Below are positions 30,711-40,416 of a stretch of DNA of 64,000 bases, piece after piece (position 1 is the stretch's first letter; each line of letters starts with the position of its first letter). The DNA is from Candidatus Micrarchaeota archaeon (lineage in GTDB: Archaea > B1Sed10-29 > B47-G15): assembly GCA_003660975.1 (NCBI GenBank), contig QMVG01000001.1, positions 96,001 to 160,000 on the forward strand. Reading direction: 5' to 3'. A program made the position numbers and the translations under genes. Below the pieces are notes generated by a model that searched no databases, was not told where the DNA came from, and worked only from the letters and a program-made list of their open reading frames with translations.

Positions 30711-31906
30711 AAGCTGTTCAATCTGAAATAAATATAGGTGTCGTTGGGCACGTGGACCACGGAAAAACTAGCTTAGTCAAGAGCATAACTGGCGAGTGGG
30801 CAGATAGACATAGCGAGGAAATAAAAAGAGGCATTACCATACGCCTTGGTTATGCAGATGCAGACATCTATGAATGCAAAGTCAAAGGCAAAAAACAGTA
30901 TATTCTTAGCAATAAATGTCCTGATGGAAGCAAAGCCACATTTGTCAGGCGGATAAGCTTTGTTGATTGCCCTGGTCATGAAAATCTGATGTCTGTAACA
31001 CTGTCTGGCGCTTCTCTCATGGATGCAGCAATACTTGTTATAGCAGCGAACGAGGAATGTCCAAGGCCCCAAACACAGGAGCACTTGTCTGCTCTGGAGA
31101 TAGCAGGAATAAAGCACATTATAGTAGTCCAAAACAAAATAGACCTGGTTGATAAAAAAGAAGCCATGCAGAATTACAGGCAAATAAAGCAATTCGTGAA
31201 GGGCACAATAGCAGAAAACGCAGCAATAATTCCTGTGAGTGCAAATTACAATGTCAACATAGATGCAGTTATTGACGCAATTCAAAGGTATTTTCCAACA
31301 CCAAAGAGAGACGCAAGTAAAGCGCTTAGAATGTACGTGGCAAGGTCTTTTGACGTTAACAGGCCAAAATCAAACATAGAAGAGCTAGTCGGTGGCGTGC
31401 TCGGAGGAACAATAGCGCAAGGGGTGCTGAAAATTGGTGATGAAATAGAAATAAAGCCAGGCATAAAGCTTGGTGATGAATACAAAGCATTAAAAACAAA
31501 GGTTGTCAGCTTGTCTGCAAGCAAAGGAAAACTGACAGAGGCCAAGCCAGGAGGCCTTATAGGAGTGGCCACTACATTGGACCCAGCTCTAACAAAGAGT
31601 GACAACCTAGTTGGCAATGTTGTTGGCAAAATAGGAGAACTGCCAGATGTCTTATATGACATAAATGTGGAGGTTCATTTCCTTGATAGGGTTGTTGAGA
31701 AGATTGAAAAGAAAATTGAAGAGAACGAAGTGGTCGTGGTAAATGCCGGAACCACCACAACAGTTGGCACTGTGCTGCAGAAAAAAGGGAATGAAGCGAG
31801 AATAAGGCTGAAAAAGCCGCTGTGCATTGAAAAGGGGCATAAGGTTGCCATATCTCAGCGTTTCCGAAACAGATGGTCGTTAACAAGCTATGGAGTAATA
31901 AAATGA
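30707..31906 (+). CDS. eif2g: Translation initiation factor aIF2 gamma subunit
   Basis: NIGVVGHVDHGKT, HSEEIKRGITIRLGYA, DCPGHE, QNKID, RSFDVNRP. Confidence 0.96.
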   Translation: MKAVQSEINIGVVGHVDHGKTSLVKSITGEWADRHSEEIKRGITIRLGYADADIYECKVKGKKQYILSNKCPDGSKATFVRRISFVDCPGHENLMSVTLSGASLMDAAILVIAANEECPRPQTQEHLSALEIAGIKHIIVVQNKIDLVDKKEAMQNYRQIKQFVKGTIAENAAIIPVSANYNVNIDAVIDAIQRYFPTPKRDASKALRMYVARSFDVNRPKSNIEELVGGVLGGTIAQGVLKIGDEIEIKPGIKLGDEYKALKTKVVSLSASKGKLTEAKPGGLIGVATTLDPALTKSDNLVGNVVGKIGELPDVLYDINVEVHFLDRVVEKIEKKIEENEVVVVNAGTTTTVGTVLQKKGNEARIRLKKPLCIEKGHKVAISQRFRNRWSLTSYGVIK

Positions 31907-32262
31907 AGGTAATATTAGATAGTAATTGTTTAATGATGCTAACAGAATTCAAAATAAATATATATGATGAAATAAAAAAACTAATACCAGATGCAGAATT
32001 TATCACATCCGCTGAAGTTGTTGCTGAGCTGGAAAAGATAAATAACTTGCACGCCAAAGTGGCTCTTAGCTCCATTTCATCAGAAGAAGTGCGCATAGAA
32101 AAAATGGGAAGACCTGTTGATGATGCTCTAATAAAATACGCAAAGGAAAACAACGCTGTGCTTTGCAGCAATGATAAAGAGCTGAGAAGGAAAGCTCTTA
32201 AAAGAGGTGTGCCTGTTATATTTATGAGAGCAAAGAAAAAATTGGATATAATAAGACCCTAA
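31903..32262 (+). CDS. PIN-domain protein (Fcf1/Utp24-like)
   Basis: ILDSN, V..EL, VDDAL, SNDKELR; conserved position after aIF2-gamma. Confidence 0.85.
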   Translation: MKVILDSNCLMMLTEFKINIYDEIKKLIPDAEFITSAEVVAELEKINNLHAKVALSSISSEEVRIEKMGRPVDDALIKYAKENNAVLCSNDKELRRKALKRGVPVIFMRAKKKLDIIRP

Positions 32263-32276
32263 CGGAGGTTTATAGT

Positions 32277-32837
32277 ATGTACCAGATAGTAACTATTAAA
32301 GACACCATAAGAATTCCTCCAAAGCTGTTTTCAGATTCTTTGGAGAAGTCCGCCCTTGAAGCGTTAAAGCAGCAGTATGAAGGGAAGATTGACAAAGACC
32401 TGGGGGTTGTTATCTCTGTCATGAACCCAAGAGAAATAAGTGATGGAATAATAATCCCTGGTGATGAGGCTGCTTATCACCACCTTGTATTTGATGCATT
32501 GGTATTCACACCCGAAATGCATGAGGTGATCAGGGGAAAGGTTATAGACATAACTGAATTCGGAGCATTTGTAAGGTTTGGGCCAATAGAGGGCCTGACA
32601 CATATAAGCCAGATAACAGATGACTTCATGAGCTACAACGAGAAAAATGCGGTTCTCGCAGGTAAGGAAAGCAGGAGAGTATTAAAAAAGGAGGATGTAG
32701 TAACGGCCAGAATAATTGCTATAAGTCTCAAGAATACTGTGGCTGACAGCAAAATAAACCTCACGATGAGACAAAAGGGTCTTGGAAAAGAGGAGTGGCT
32801 TGAAGAAAAGAAAAAGGGAAAGAAAGCCGGAAAGTAG
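32277..32837 (+). CDS. rpoE1: RNA polymerase subunit E' (Rpo7)
   Basis: IRIPP, FGAFVRFGP.EGL.HISQI, LTMRQ.GLG. Confidence 0.95.
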   Translation: MYQIVTIKDTIRIPPKLFSDSLEKSALEALKQQYEGKIDKDLGVVISVMNPREISDGIIIPGDEAAYHHLVFDALVFTPEMHEVIRGKVIDITEFGAFVRFGPIEGLTHISQITDDFMSYNEKNAVLAGKESRRVLKKEDVVTARIIAISLKNTVADSKINLTMRQKGLGKEEWLEEKKKGKKAGK

Positions 32838-32848
32838 AGGGTGTTGTT

Positions 32849-33037
32849 GTGGTGGAGAAAGCGTGTAAAAACTGTGGAATGATAGTAGAGGGAGACATTT
32901 GTCCTGTTTGCAAAAGCTCTGAGCTAACAAGCAACTGGAAAGGTCTTATTATTGTTTTCAATCCTGAAAAATCAGAGATAGCTAAAAAGCTGGAAATAAA
33001 AGTTCCTGGAAAATACGCTCTGAAAATAGGAAAATAG
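32849..33037 (+). CDS. spt4: Transcription elongation factor Spt4 (RpoE'')
   Basis: ACKNC, CPVC, WKG, SEIAKKL, PGKYAL. Confidence 0.94.
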   Translation: MVEKACKNCGMIVEGDICPVCKSSELTSNWKGLIIVFNPEKSEIAKKLEIKVPGKYALKIGK

Positions 33038-33049
33038 AGGTGTCTTAAA

Positions 33050-33385
33050 ATGGATATTGAAGTTATTGAAGAGAGAAAAAACCCGCTTTTGGAAAGAAAA
33101 GAACTAGAGATATTAGCCAAGGCCTTTAGCAGTACCCCCTCCAGAAAAGAGCTTATTGATTTAATCAGTGCAAAGTTGGGAATTGGCAAAGATTTAGTTG
33201 TCATAAGAAAGATAGAGCAGGGCTTTGGAATGCAGAAGGCGAGAGTGGTTGCAAGGGTTTACGACAATCCAGACGCATTAAGGAGATATGAGGCCGAGCA
33301 CATAATAAAGAGAGGCCAGAAAGAAGAGAAGAAGGAGGTTGAGGAAGGTGGCAAAGGAGAAGAAAGTAAAGAAGAGCCCGCTTAA
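33050..33385 (+). CDS. rps24e: 30S ribosomal protein eS24
   Basis: [17 protein letters not shown]. Confidence 0.93.
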   Translation: MDIEVIEERKNPLLERKELEILAKAFSSTPSRKELIDLISAKLGIGKDLVVIRKIEQGFGMQKARVVARVYDNPDALRRYEAEHIIKRGQKEEKKEVEEGGKGEESKEEPA

Positions 33386-33527
33386 ATCCACTGCGTATAA
33401 AATAGAGAATGGCAAGTTAGTCAGAACTAAACTGTCCTGCCCAAAGTGTGGCAGTGCTGTATTTCTGGCAGAGCATAAGGATAGATACCACTGTGGAAGA
33501 TGTGGTTACTCAAGGTGGAAAAAATAA
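33348..33527 (+). CDS. rps27ae: 30S ribosomal protein eS31 (S27ae)
   Basis: [21 protein letters not shown]. Confidence 0.94.
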   Translation: MAKEKKVKKSPLKSTAYKIENGKLVRTKLSCPKCGSAVFLAEHKDRYHCGRCGYSRWKK

Positions 33528-34060
33528 TGAACCTGTCCTTAATCCTGTATTCTCTTATGGTTTTAATTGTCCTGCATAGTATTGGCAGGCAAAAAAGCAT
33601 CAACTCCTACTTGAAAAAAATGGGTTTTGCTGGCACAAAGTTAGTAAGAGAGATCAAATACACGGTTCTGCTACTTTTCCTGATGTTTACTGTGACAATC
33701 ATAACAGGTATAATACTGTTTAATTTTGGCTTTTCGTCTGATATGAATAAGGTTCAGACATATATAACCGCCTTTAACCTGATTGATGTGCTTGTGGTTA
33801 TGGGTGTTGCTTCTTTTGTTGAGGAAATCTTTTTTAGAGGTTTTCTGCAAAGAAAGACAAATATACTTGTAGCAAGCTTCATATTTGCCTATTTTCATAT
33901 AGTATATTCATCTTTTTCAGAGCTCATTATGGCTTTTTTTCTGGGATTAATACTCGGCTGGGGCTTTGAGAAGAGCAAAAACCTGTTTTCTCCTATATTG
34001 GCACATTACCTTTATAACCTGATAACTGTGGCTATAATGTTCGCGGGGGTTTCCTCATGA
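33527..34060 (+). CDS. CPBP (CAAX-protease-like/Abi) intramembrane protease
   Basis: EEIFFRG, FAYFH, AHYLYN motifs; multiple TM helices. Confidence 0.88.
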   Translation: MNLSLILYSLMVLIVLHSIGRQKSINSYLKKMGFAGTKLVREIKYTVLLLFLMFTVTIITGIILFNFGFSSDMNKVQTYITAFNLIDVLVVMGVASFVEEIFFRGFLQRKTNILVASFIFAYFHIVYSSFSELIMAFFLGLILGWGFEKSKNLFSPILAHYLYNLITVAIMFAGVSS

Positions 34061-35013
34061 GGGTCATGGGGATAGAGAGCACTGCACATACTTTTGGCGT
34101 GGGCATTGTAGAAAACGGCAAAATAATAGCTAACGAAAGGGACATGTACTTGTCTGAGAAGGGCGGCATAGTTCCTACAGAGGCAGCAGAACACCACCGC
34201 AAGCTTGCGAATGAAGTAATGCGAAGGGCTTTGTCAAGGGCAGGCCTATCATTGGAGGACATAGACCTTGTAGGCTTATCTGTTGGTCCTGGATTGCCCC
34301 CCTGCCTGAAAGCTGGTCTGGACTTTGCCAAATCCATTTCTGACAGCATAGTAGAGGTTAATCACTGTGTAGCGCACATAGAAATAGGCAGGTTCGTTGG
34401 AAAGCTAAAAGACCCCTTAACTGTATACGTGAGTGGAGGAAACACACAGATAATAGCGTATGCAGGCGGAAGGTATAGAATATTCGGAGAAACGCTAGAT
34501 ATAGGTCTTGGGAACGCTTATGACAAATTTGCCCGCAGCATTGGTCTCCCAATGCCAGGGGGGCCGAAAGTAGAGGAGCTTGCTAAAAAAGGAAAATATA
34601 AAGAGCTGCCGTATACTGTTAAGGGAATGTCACTTGTTTACGCTGGCCTTGTTACAGCTGCTGAAAAGCTCGCCAAGAGATATAGGATAGAAGATGCTTG
34701 CTATTCATTTCAGGAAACGGCCCTTTCGATGCTGGCAGAAGTGAGTGAGAGAGCGCTTGCACATACTAAAAAAAGAGAGTTGCTTTTGACAGGAGGAGTA
34801 GCTGCAAACAAGAGGCTCAGAGAGATTATGAAAGCAGTTGCCGAGGAACATGGGGCTTCGTTTTATGTGCCTGATAGAGAGTATTGTGGGGACAACGGGG
34901 CAATGATAGCTATAACAGCTTCTTTAATAGGTAAGGCAAAAAAGTCCGAAGATGTTGATATAAAGCCCAACTGGAGAGCTGACGATGTAGAGGTTTTATG
35001 GATAAAAAAATAA
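34057..35013 (+). CDS. kae1: KEOPS t6A synthase Kae1
   Basis: GIESTAHTFG, NHCVAHIE, VSGGNTQ, GGVAAN, DNGAMIA. Confidence 0.96.
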   Translation: MRVMGIESTAHTFGVGIVENGKIIANERDMYLSEKGGIVPTEAAEHHRKLANEVMRRALSRAGLSLEDIDLVGLSVGPGLPPCLKAGLDFAKSISDSIVEVNHCVAHIEIGRFVGKLKDPLTVYVSGGNTQIIAYAGGRYRIFGETLDIGLGNAYDKFARSIGLPMPGGPKVEELAKKGKYKELPYTVKGMSLVYAGLVTAAEKLAKRYRIEDACYSFQETALSMLAEVSERALAHTKKRELLLTGGVAANKRLREIMKAVAEEHGASFYVPDREYCGDNGAMIAITASLIGKAKKSEDVDIKPNWRADDVEVLWIKK

Positions 35014-35014
35014 A

Positions 35015-35047
35015 GGGTGAGCCTTCTGCGGAGGACGGCTCACGCCC
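35015..35047. terminator. GC-rich hairpin between convergent kae1 and a small ORF
   Basis: GGGTGAGCC...GGCTCACGCCC stem-loop; A-tract on its left side (U-tract on the minus strand). Confidence 0.4.
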
Positions 35048-35174
35048 AAATAGACCTGCCTGCGACATCTATTTTCAATGAAGTGAAACCTTTTCTAACG
35101 AAAGCATAGGATACTGAAGAACCTTTTAAAGCCTCTACAATGTCCTTAAGCGTCATGTCCTTTATATCTGCCAT
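35040..35174 (-). CDS. Small hypothetical protein (44 aa, below ORF-track cutoff)
   Basis: MADIKDMTLKDIVEALKGSSVSYAFVRKGFTSLKIDVAGRSIWA; SD GGTGGTG and TATATAAA box upstream. Confidence 0.55.
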   Translation of the reverse strand: MADIKDMTLKDIVEALKGSSVSYAFVRKGFTSLKIDVAGRSIWA

Positions 35175-35245
35175 AACACCACCTTTCTCTTTAAGAAATA
35201 GCGTTTATATAGGGATTATGAGAAGCGCTGTCGCATGTCAGGTAA

Positions 35246-36292
35246 TCAAAGCCCTTTAAAGAAAATACGTGTGGATTTCCCTTTGAAGCCTTCTCCAGTG
35301 GGTCTTAACTCAAATATGCCCTTCTTCTGAAGTTTCTTTAATAACCTCTCAACAGTTCTCTGGCTCTTACTTCCTCCTGCATTTACGTAAATCTCGTATA
35401 TATTCCCAGATATCTCTCCTGAGTGTTTTCTTACGATCTCCACCAATAGTCTTTCATCTTCGCTCAGTTCTGATATATCTCTTTTTTGGAAGTGCTTTAA
35501 CTTTTCAGCGGCCTTTTCGCAGTGCCTTCTCTCAACACGCCTTGAGGCCTCCTGTTCTGCTATGAGGCCACTCTCCTTCAGCAGAAAAATGCCAACCCTT
35601 AAATCTGAAAGCTCTGCTGTCTTCTCAACAACGAGGTCAATGGCCTCATCAGTCCAGACACCCTCATAAAAAGCGTACTTTATTCTTTCTCTTATTATAT
35701 CCATTATCTCCTCCTTGCTGTATGCTTCAAAATGCATTTCTTCTGGTATCATCCTGCTTCTTATCCTAGAGTCAAGTCTCGAAAGCCAGTAGCTGTCATT
35801 TGTTATAAGTATCACGCTTCTCTTTGGAAAGTCTTCAAGGATATAGTACAAAAAATCATAGTCTGCTGCCTTGTCAATCTCATCAAATACAAAAACACAT
35901 GCGTCTTTAGTAATCTTTTTTATCTTCCTAAGCAGGTCTTCTGATGAAAGATTCATTGTGAACTTAAAACCCAATTGCTCTGCCATTTCTGTCAGTATCT
36001 TATGAGATGAGCTTGTTTTCCAGCAGTTAACGTAAACGTGAGGCAAGTCATAAGATTCCTCCAAATCCTGTAGCACTCTTTTAACGCAGGCTGTTTTCCC
36101 AACGCCCGGCCCACCAGTTATAAGAAGATTCCTGCCATTATATCCTTTCAATAGAGGAGCTATGCAATCAGCTATGTATTTTTGCTGCTCTTCCCTATGA
36201 GGCAAAAGTTTTGGTACAAAATCAGGGTCAAGACTCTCTATATTGGAAAAGATGCTCTCTTCACTGAGCAAAGGTCTATCAAAAAGGCCCAT
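35246..36292 (-). CDS. cdc6: Cdc6/Orc1 family replication initiator AAA+ ATPase
   Basis: PKLLPHREEQ, Walker A GGPGVGKT, YVNC, Walker B FDEID, RIRSR, C-terminal wHTH. Confidence 0.92.
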   Translation of the reverse strand: MGLFDRPLLSEESIFSNIESLDPDFVPKLLPHREEQQKYIADCIAPLLKGYNGRNLLITGGPGVGKTACVKRVLQDLEESYDLPHVYVNCWKTSSSHKILTEMAEQLGFKFTMNLSSEDLLRKIKKITKDACVFVFDEIDKAADYDFLYYILEDFPKRSVILITNDSYWLSRLDSRIRSRMIPEEMHFEAYSKEEIMDIIRERIKYAFYEGVWTDEAIDLVVEKTAELSDLRVGIFLLKESGLIAEQEASRRVERRHCEKAAEKLKHFQKRDISELSEDERLLVEIVRKHSGEISGNIYEIYVNAGGSKSQRTVERLLKKLQKKGIFELRPTGEGFKGKSTRIFFKGL

Positions 36293-36304
36293 ATTAGTAT
36301 TGTA

Positions 36305-36382
36305 TTGAAAATATGCTAAAAAGCTAACGCTTTTTAGACATACTGTTATCCTGTTGAAATATGCTAAAAAGCTAACGCTTTT
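36305..36382. repeat. Tandem ~29-bp direct repeat with internal palindrome upstream of cdc6
   Basis: TTGAAA(A)TATGCTAAAAAGCTAACGCTTTT at 36305-36334 and 36354-36382; AAAAGC-TAAC-GCTTTT palindrome. Confidence 0.85.
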
Positions 36383-36395
36383 GAGCTTATCGTAA

Positions 36396-36965
36396 TCACA
36401 CCAAGATGCGTGGTTTTTTGAACTCTATGTCTGAGACCATAAGATAGGATAGGAACAGATAGACTATGGCAAGCAACAGATTTGCAATGAAACCGCTACA
36501 ATAATAAACGATGATGAAAACAGACATAGAAGCAAAAAATGCAGCAACTGGAACTGCCAAACCAATGTAAACGCCTTTCTTATGTGGATAATCTCTCTCA
36601 AATAGCTTCATTATGTCAAACCTGGCTAACCTCAATATGCCTGCTGTCAAAAATACAAAGGCAACAATTAAGCGTATAAATATGTGAAGCGAAGAAAAAA
36701 GATAAAAGAAAAAGGCAGGTGCCACAGCGAAAGAGACAACATCAGACAGTGAATCCAAATCAACACCAAACCTTGAACTCTGTTTCATATACCTGGCTAA
36801 TTTTCCGTCAAGAGAGTCGAAGAAAATGGCCAATATCACAAGAACAAAGCTGTAAGTAAATATTCCTTTAAACGCAAAGAAAATAGCAGAAAAACCGAAA
36901 CATGCATTGATTATACTAAAAACATCTGCTAATTTTAAGAAATGATATATCTTATATGAATACAT
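36396..36965 (-). CDS. pssA: CDP-alcohol phosphatidyltransferase (archaetidylserine synthase-like)
   Basis: DSLDGKLAR...FG..LDSLSDVVSFAVAP, LRLARF, YIGL. Confidence 0.88.
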   Translation of the reverse strand: MYSYKIYHFLKLADVFSIINACFGFSAIFFAFKGIFTYSFVLVILAIFFDSLDGKLARYMKQSSRFGVDLDSLSDVVSFAVAPAFFFYLFSSLHIFIRLIVAFVFLTAGILRLARFDIMKLFERDYPHKKGVYIGLAVPVAAFFASMSVFIIVYYCSGFIANLLLAIVYLFLSYLMVSDIEFKKPRILV

Positions 36966-36967
36966 AA

Positions 36968-37858
36968 TCACACCTTATCGCGTAGGAAGCGTAAAGCTGA
37001 AACAGCTGCTTTAGCTCCATCACCAACAGCTTGTGCTATTTGCAATATGCCTCCTGTGCAGTCACCAGCAGCAAAAACGCCATCAACATTCGTTGCGCAG
37101 TTCTTGTCCACCTTTATGAAATTACCGTCTAAGTCCAATGACAGGTCAAGGGCCATATTTATCGAAGCTGCCTGCCCTGTTGCTATGAACAGCCCATCTA
37201 CCTCTTCCTCACCATCTTCTGTGATTACATGTGTCAGCATTGGCTGCCCCTTCAAGGCAGTTATCCTCTTTTTCTCAACCTCAATGTTGTGCTTGTGGAG
37301 CTTGCCAAGAAGGTTCTTGTCTATCTCTATTTCCAAGCCGTTGCTGTATATCTTTACATTAGGAGTATAGTGCAACAGCTCTAGAGCCTCTGATGCTGCA
37401 TGGTTTCCATTTCCAACTACGATTACCTTTTTGTCTCTGAAAAAATAACCATCACAGGCAGCACATGAAGAAAGACCCTTACCCTTGTATTTGTCCTCAT
37501 CCTTCACCACCCGCCTTCTCTTTGGAAGACCTACTGCAATTATAAGCGCCTTTGATACAAAGTGCTTGCCAGAAGCAGTCTCAACATCAAAAGGGCCTTT
37601 ACCAGACACCCTGATTACCTCATCTTCCAAGAATTCTGTGTCAAATTTCCTGGCATGCGCATATGCCTTGTCTATAAATTCCCTACCCGTTATTGAGGCA
37701 AAGCCCAAATAGTTTTCTACAACGTAATCTCCATATATCCTTGACTTCTTTGGAAAACCTATTAGCAGAGACCTGTATTTAGACCTGCCAACGTAAACAG
37801 CGGCCGACAGAGCTGCTGGGCCTCCACCTATGATAATGATATCATAATTATTTTCCAT
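36968..37858 (-). CDS. trxB: Thioredoxin reductase
   Basis: IIGGGPAA, ENYLGF, SSCAACDG redox motif, GVFAAGD. Confidence 0.9.
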   Translation of the reverse strand: MENNYDIIIIGGGPAALSAAVYVGRSKYRSLLIGFPKKSRIYGDYVVENYLGFASITGREFIDKAYAHARKFDTEFLEDEVIRVSGKGPFDVETASGKHFVSKALIIAVGLPKRRRVVKDEDKYKGKGLSSCAACDGYFFRDKKVIVVGNGNHAASEALELLHYTPNVKIYSNGLEIEIDKNLLGKLHKHNIEVEKKRITALKGQPMLTHVITEDGEEEVDGLFIATGQAASINMALDLSLDLDGNFIKVDKNCATNVDGVFAAGDCTGGILQIAQAVGDGAKAAVSALRFLRDKV

Positions 37859-38588
37859 GCGAGCCACCTACTAATTTGAAGAAGGCCTGTTTTAAGTTTC
37901 TTGCTTTTGCTTTTCTCATAATTTGTTTGCTGTTTCCCACTGCTACAATCTCTCCTTTATCTATAAACAAGATTTTATCACAAAGCTGTGCAGCTTCGCC
38001 TATGATATGCGTTGAAAAAATCACTGTTTTTCCCTGGGCCTTCAAACTTTTAACGATTTCTAACATTTTCTTTGAGAGAAGAGGGTCCAAACCAGTTGTC
38101 AGCTCATCAAATATCACAAGCTCTGGGTTGTGAATAAGCGTGTTGGCTATGGCCACTCTTCGCCTCTGCCCCTTGCTCATATTCCTTATAAGCTTTTTGC
38201 TGTTTTCCAACTCAACAAGGTTTAGCACTCTTTTTATCATGTTATCGTTTGCTTTTATGTCATATAACTCTGCTGTAAACTTCAAGTGTTCGTAAGCTGT
38301 CATATCACCGTATAAAAAATCTTCCTCTGGCAGGTACCCGACTAATCTCTTTACCTCTATGTTGTTTTCAACAGTATTCAAGCCGTTGACAAAACAAGAG
38401 CCAGAACTGGGATAGATAATGCCTGAGATTATTTTCAGCGTGGTTGTCTTTCCAGCCCCATTCGGCCCTATTATCCCTAGAATCTCATTTTGCCTGACAT
38501 CAAAACTAACAGAGCGTAGAGCATAAAAAGAATCATACTTTTTGCTTACTTTACGCAGAGAAACAAATGAAGGCAGTGCAACAACCAT
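37848..38588 (-). CDS. ABC transporter ATP-binding protein
   Basis: GPNGAGKTT, MSKGQ signature, FDELTTGLDP, STH. Confidence 0.93.
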   Translation of the reverse strand: MVVALPSFVSLRKVSKKYDSFYALRSVSFDVRQNEILGIIGPNGAGKTTTLKIISGIIYPSSGSCFVNGLNTVENNIEVKRLVGYLPEEDFLYGDMTAYEHLKFTAELYDIKANDNMIKRVLNLVELENSKKLIRNMSKGQRRRVAIANTLIHNPELVIFDELTTGLDPLLSKKMLEIVKSLKAQGKTVIFSTHIIGEAAQLCDKILFIDKGEIVAVGNSKQIMRKAKARNLKQAFFKLVGGSHGK

Positions 38589-38622
38589 GTTAATATAATG
38601 AATTGTTGTTATATAAAAACAT

Positions 38623-40416
38623 ATGAATGTCGTGATAAGCCTGGCCAAGTATGAAATAAAACAATACCTCAGGGCAAGGTCTGATTTTCTGTTAATTGCA
38701 ATTCTTGTTGCTGGGGCATTTATAGCCCTGTTTTTACCAATGAGGGAGGCAAGCGAGCTGCCGAGCAGCATCTCTATGTATAAGATAGGACACTGGCAGG
38801 AGCATCCCATAATAGACATTGCAAAGAAATCTAGTGTTTTAAGTTTTGAGAAATTCAACGGCTTTGACAAAATGTACTCTGCATTGGCAGAAGGTCGCTT
38901 AGATGCTACGATTGAGATAAACGGAGGCAATACTCTTATTGTATACACTCATAAGTTGAAATCAAAGAATGCAGCAGGTAGGCTTGAGCAGACGCTCAAA
39001 TCAGTAATGCCTGTTTACCTTGCAGAAGAAGCACAGAGGATGCCGAAATATAGGGGCATAATATTTCCCATAGCATTGAGAATCGTTGAGGAAAGAATAG
39101 ATTACTCTAAGACACTGCAGAGAAGCTTTCAGAAACCCAGAGAAGAACTGCAAAAGGAAGCGAGCGAGAAAAAAATAGAGGCAAAATCATATGAGGAAAA
39201 GGTCGAATTGAAAAACGTAAATAAAAGCAAGGCAAGAGAAAGTGAGATTGCAACCAAAACAATTGCAGAAGAGCAGAACTATATTTTACCCTCACAGATA
39301 GAGATTGCCTTTCCTTTTATGGATACTCTTAGGAATATCCTTATTATAGGACCTGCTGTGATGTTTTCAATGCTTCTAACATTGAGCTTGATGGGAGAAA
39401 AAATGACTAAATCCCTTCACAATCTTTTTGAGGCCCCGCTAAAACGCTGGCAGATTTTGCTCGGCAAATCTTTGCCTTATCTGCTTCTAATGCTTGCGAT
39501 GAGCCTTCTTTATTCTTTTATCTATGCCAGCGGTGTGGATGCTATGAAAATTTTCTTTATAATCTCCTCAATATCCTTGCTCTCCTTTTCCCTATCTGTA
39601 TTTACTGCGATTATATCTCGCAATTACAGGGACATTACGTCTATAGGCAGCTTCTCAGTTTTTCTGTTTCTCTTTTTGCTTGTGATACCTGGTGTCTTCA
39701 CAGGCATAAACGCACTTGCTTATATCTCACCCTTAAACAACATCACAAATATAGAAAATGGCGCTCCTGTTGGTATCATAGACATATGTCTTTCACTTCT
39801 CCCATATCTGATGATGTCTCTGGCTCTGGTTTTCGCCTCTTACGTCTTATTTGACGAAGAGAACATATTATACCCAAAGCGATTGAAGGCAATATTAAGA
39901 ACATTTTTTGACAGGGTCTGGCATGATTTCGGAGAGAGAACATGGCTGTACTTATTTACAATGGTTCTCTTCTCTGTTCCCATTGTTTTCATTATAGAAA
40001 ACCTTATGGCTTATTTGCTGTTGCCGATTAGCATCGTTTTTCCTGTTTTTTTAATACTGTGCTTTGCATTAATAGAGGAAATTATAAAGACGCTTCCAAT
40101 CTATTTCTTTAAGAATAAAAACAAGGTGGGGATATTAACATATTCTCTGTCAGTTGGCCTTGCTTTCTTCATTGGAGAAAAAGCGATGAATTTGTATCTT
40201 ATAACAAAGGTTTATAGTCTCTTCGCCAATGTCTTTTCCTTTTTTATAATTAAAAATCTGCTTACTACATGTGCTGTTCACATTCTTGGTGCTTTTATAG
40301 TTATATCCTGCTTTAAGCTGCTAAAAAAGAACTGGTCTTTCATCCTTGGGATAGCCCTGTCATCTGGATTACATGCAATATATAACATTATGATAAGTAT
40401 GGGTGTCTTTATATGA
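38623..40416 (+). CDS. ABC-2 permease fused to a C-terminal PrsW-like domain
   Basis: EK...L..L..APL ABC-2 loop; C-terminal IEEIIK, later H and H..YN motifs resembling PrsW. Confidence 0.7.
   Translation: MNVVISLAKYEIKQYLRARSDFLLIAILVAGAFIALFLPMREASELPSSISMYKIGHWQEHPIIDIAKKSSVLSFEKFNGFDKMYSALAEGRLDATIEINGGNTLIVYTHKLKSKNAAGRLEQTLKSVMPVYLAEEAQRMPKYRGIIFPIALRIVEERIDYSKTLQRSFQKPREELQKEASEKKIEAKSYEEKVELKNVNKSKARESEIATKTIAEEQNYILPSQIEIAFPFMDTLRNILIIGPAVMFSMLLTLSLMGEKMTKSLHNLFEAPLKRWQILLGKSLPYLLLMLAMSLLYSFIYASGVDAMKIFFIISSISLLSFSLSVFTAIISRNYRDITSIGSFSVFLFLFLLVIPGVFTGINALAYISPLNNITNIENGAPVGIIDICLSLLPYLMMSLALVFASYVLFDEENILYPKRLKAILRTFFDRVWHDFGERTWLYLFTMVLFSVPIVFIIENLMAYLLLPISIVFPVFLILCFALIEEIIKTLPIYFFKNKNKVGILTYSLSVGLAFFIGEKAMNLYLITKVYSLFANVFSFFIIKNLLTTCAVHILGAFIVISCFKLLKKNWSFILGIALSSGLHAIYNIMISMGVFI

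Noticed and set aside
3838-33204. Many minus-strand ORFs of 60-285 aa across the superoperon
   Set aside because: Antisense shadows of well-recognised r-protein and housekeeping genes; F/L/S-rich with no motifs
35015-35047. SECIS/readthrough element after the TGA of the 44-aa ORF
   Set aside because: No archaeal SECIS motif recognised and no selenoprotein context; a terminator is the simpler explanation
36305-36382. Two ~29-bp repeats as a mini CRISPR array
   Set aside because: Only two copies, ~19-bp spacer, no cas genes, located in the cdc6 upstream region
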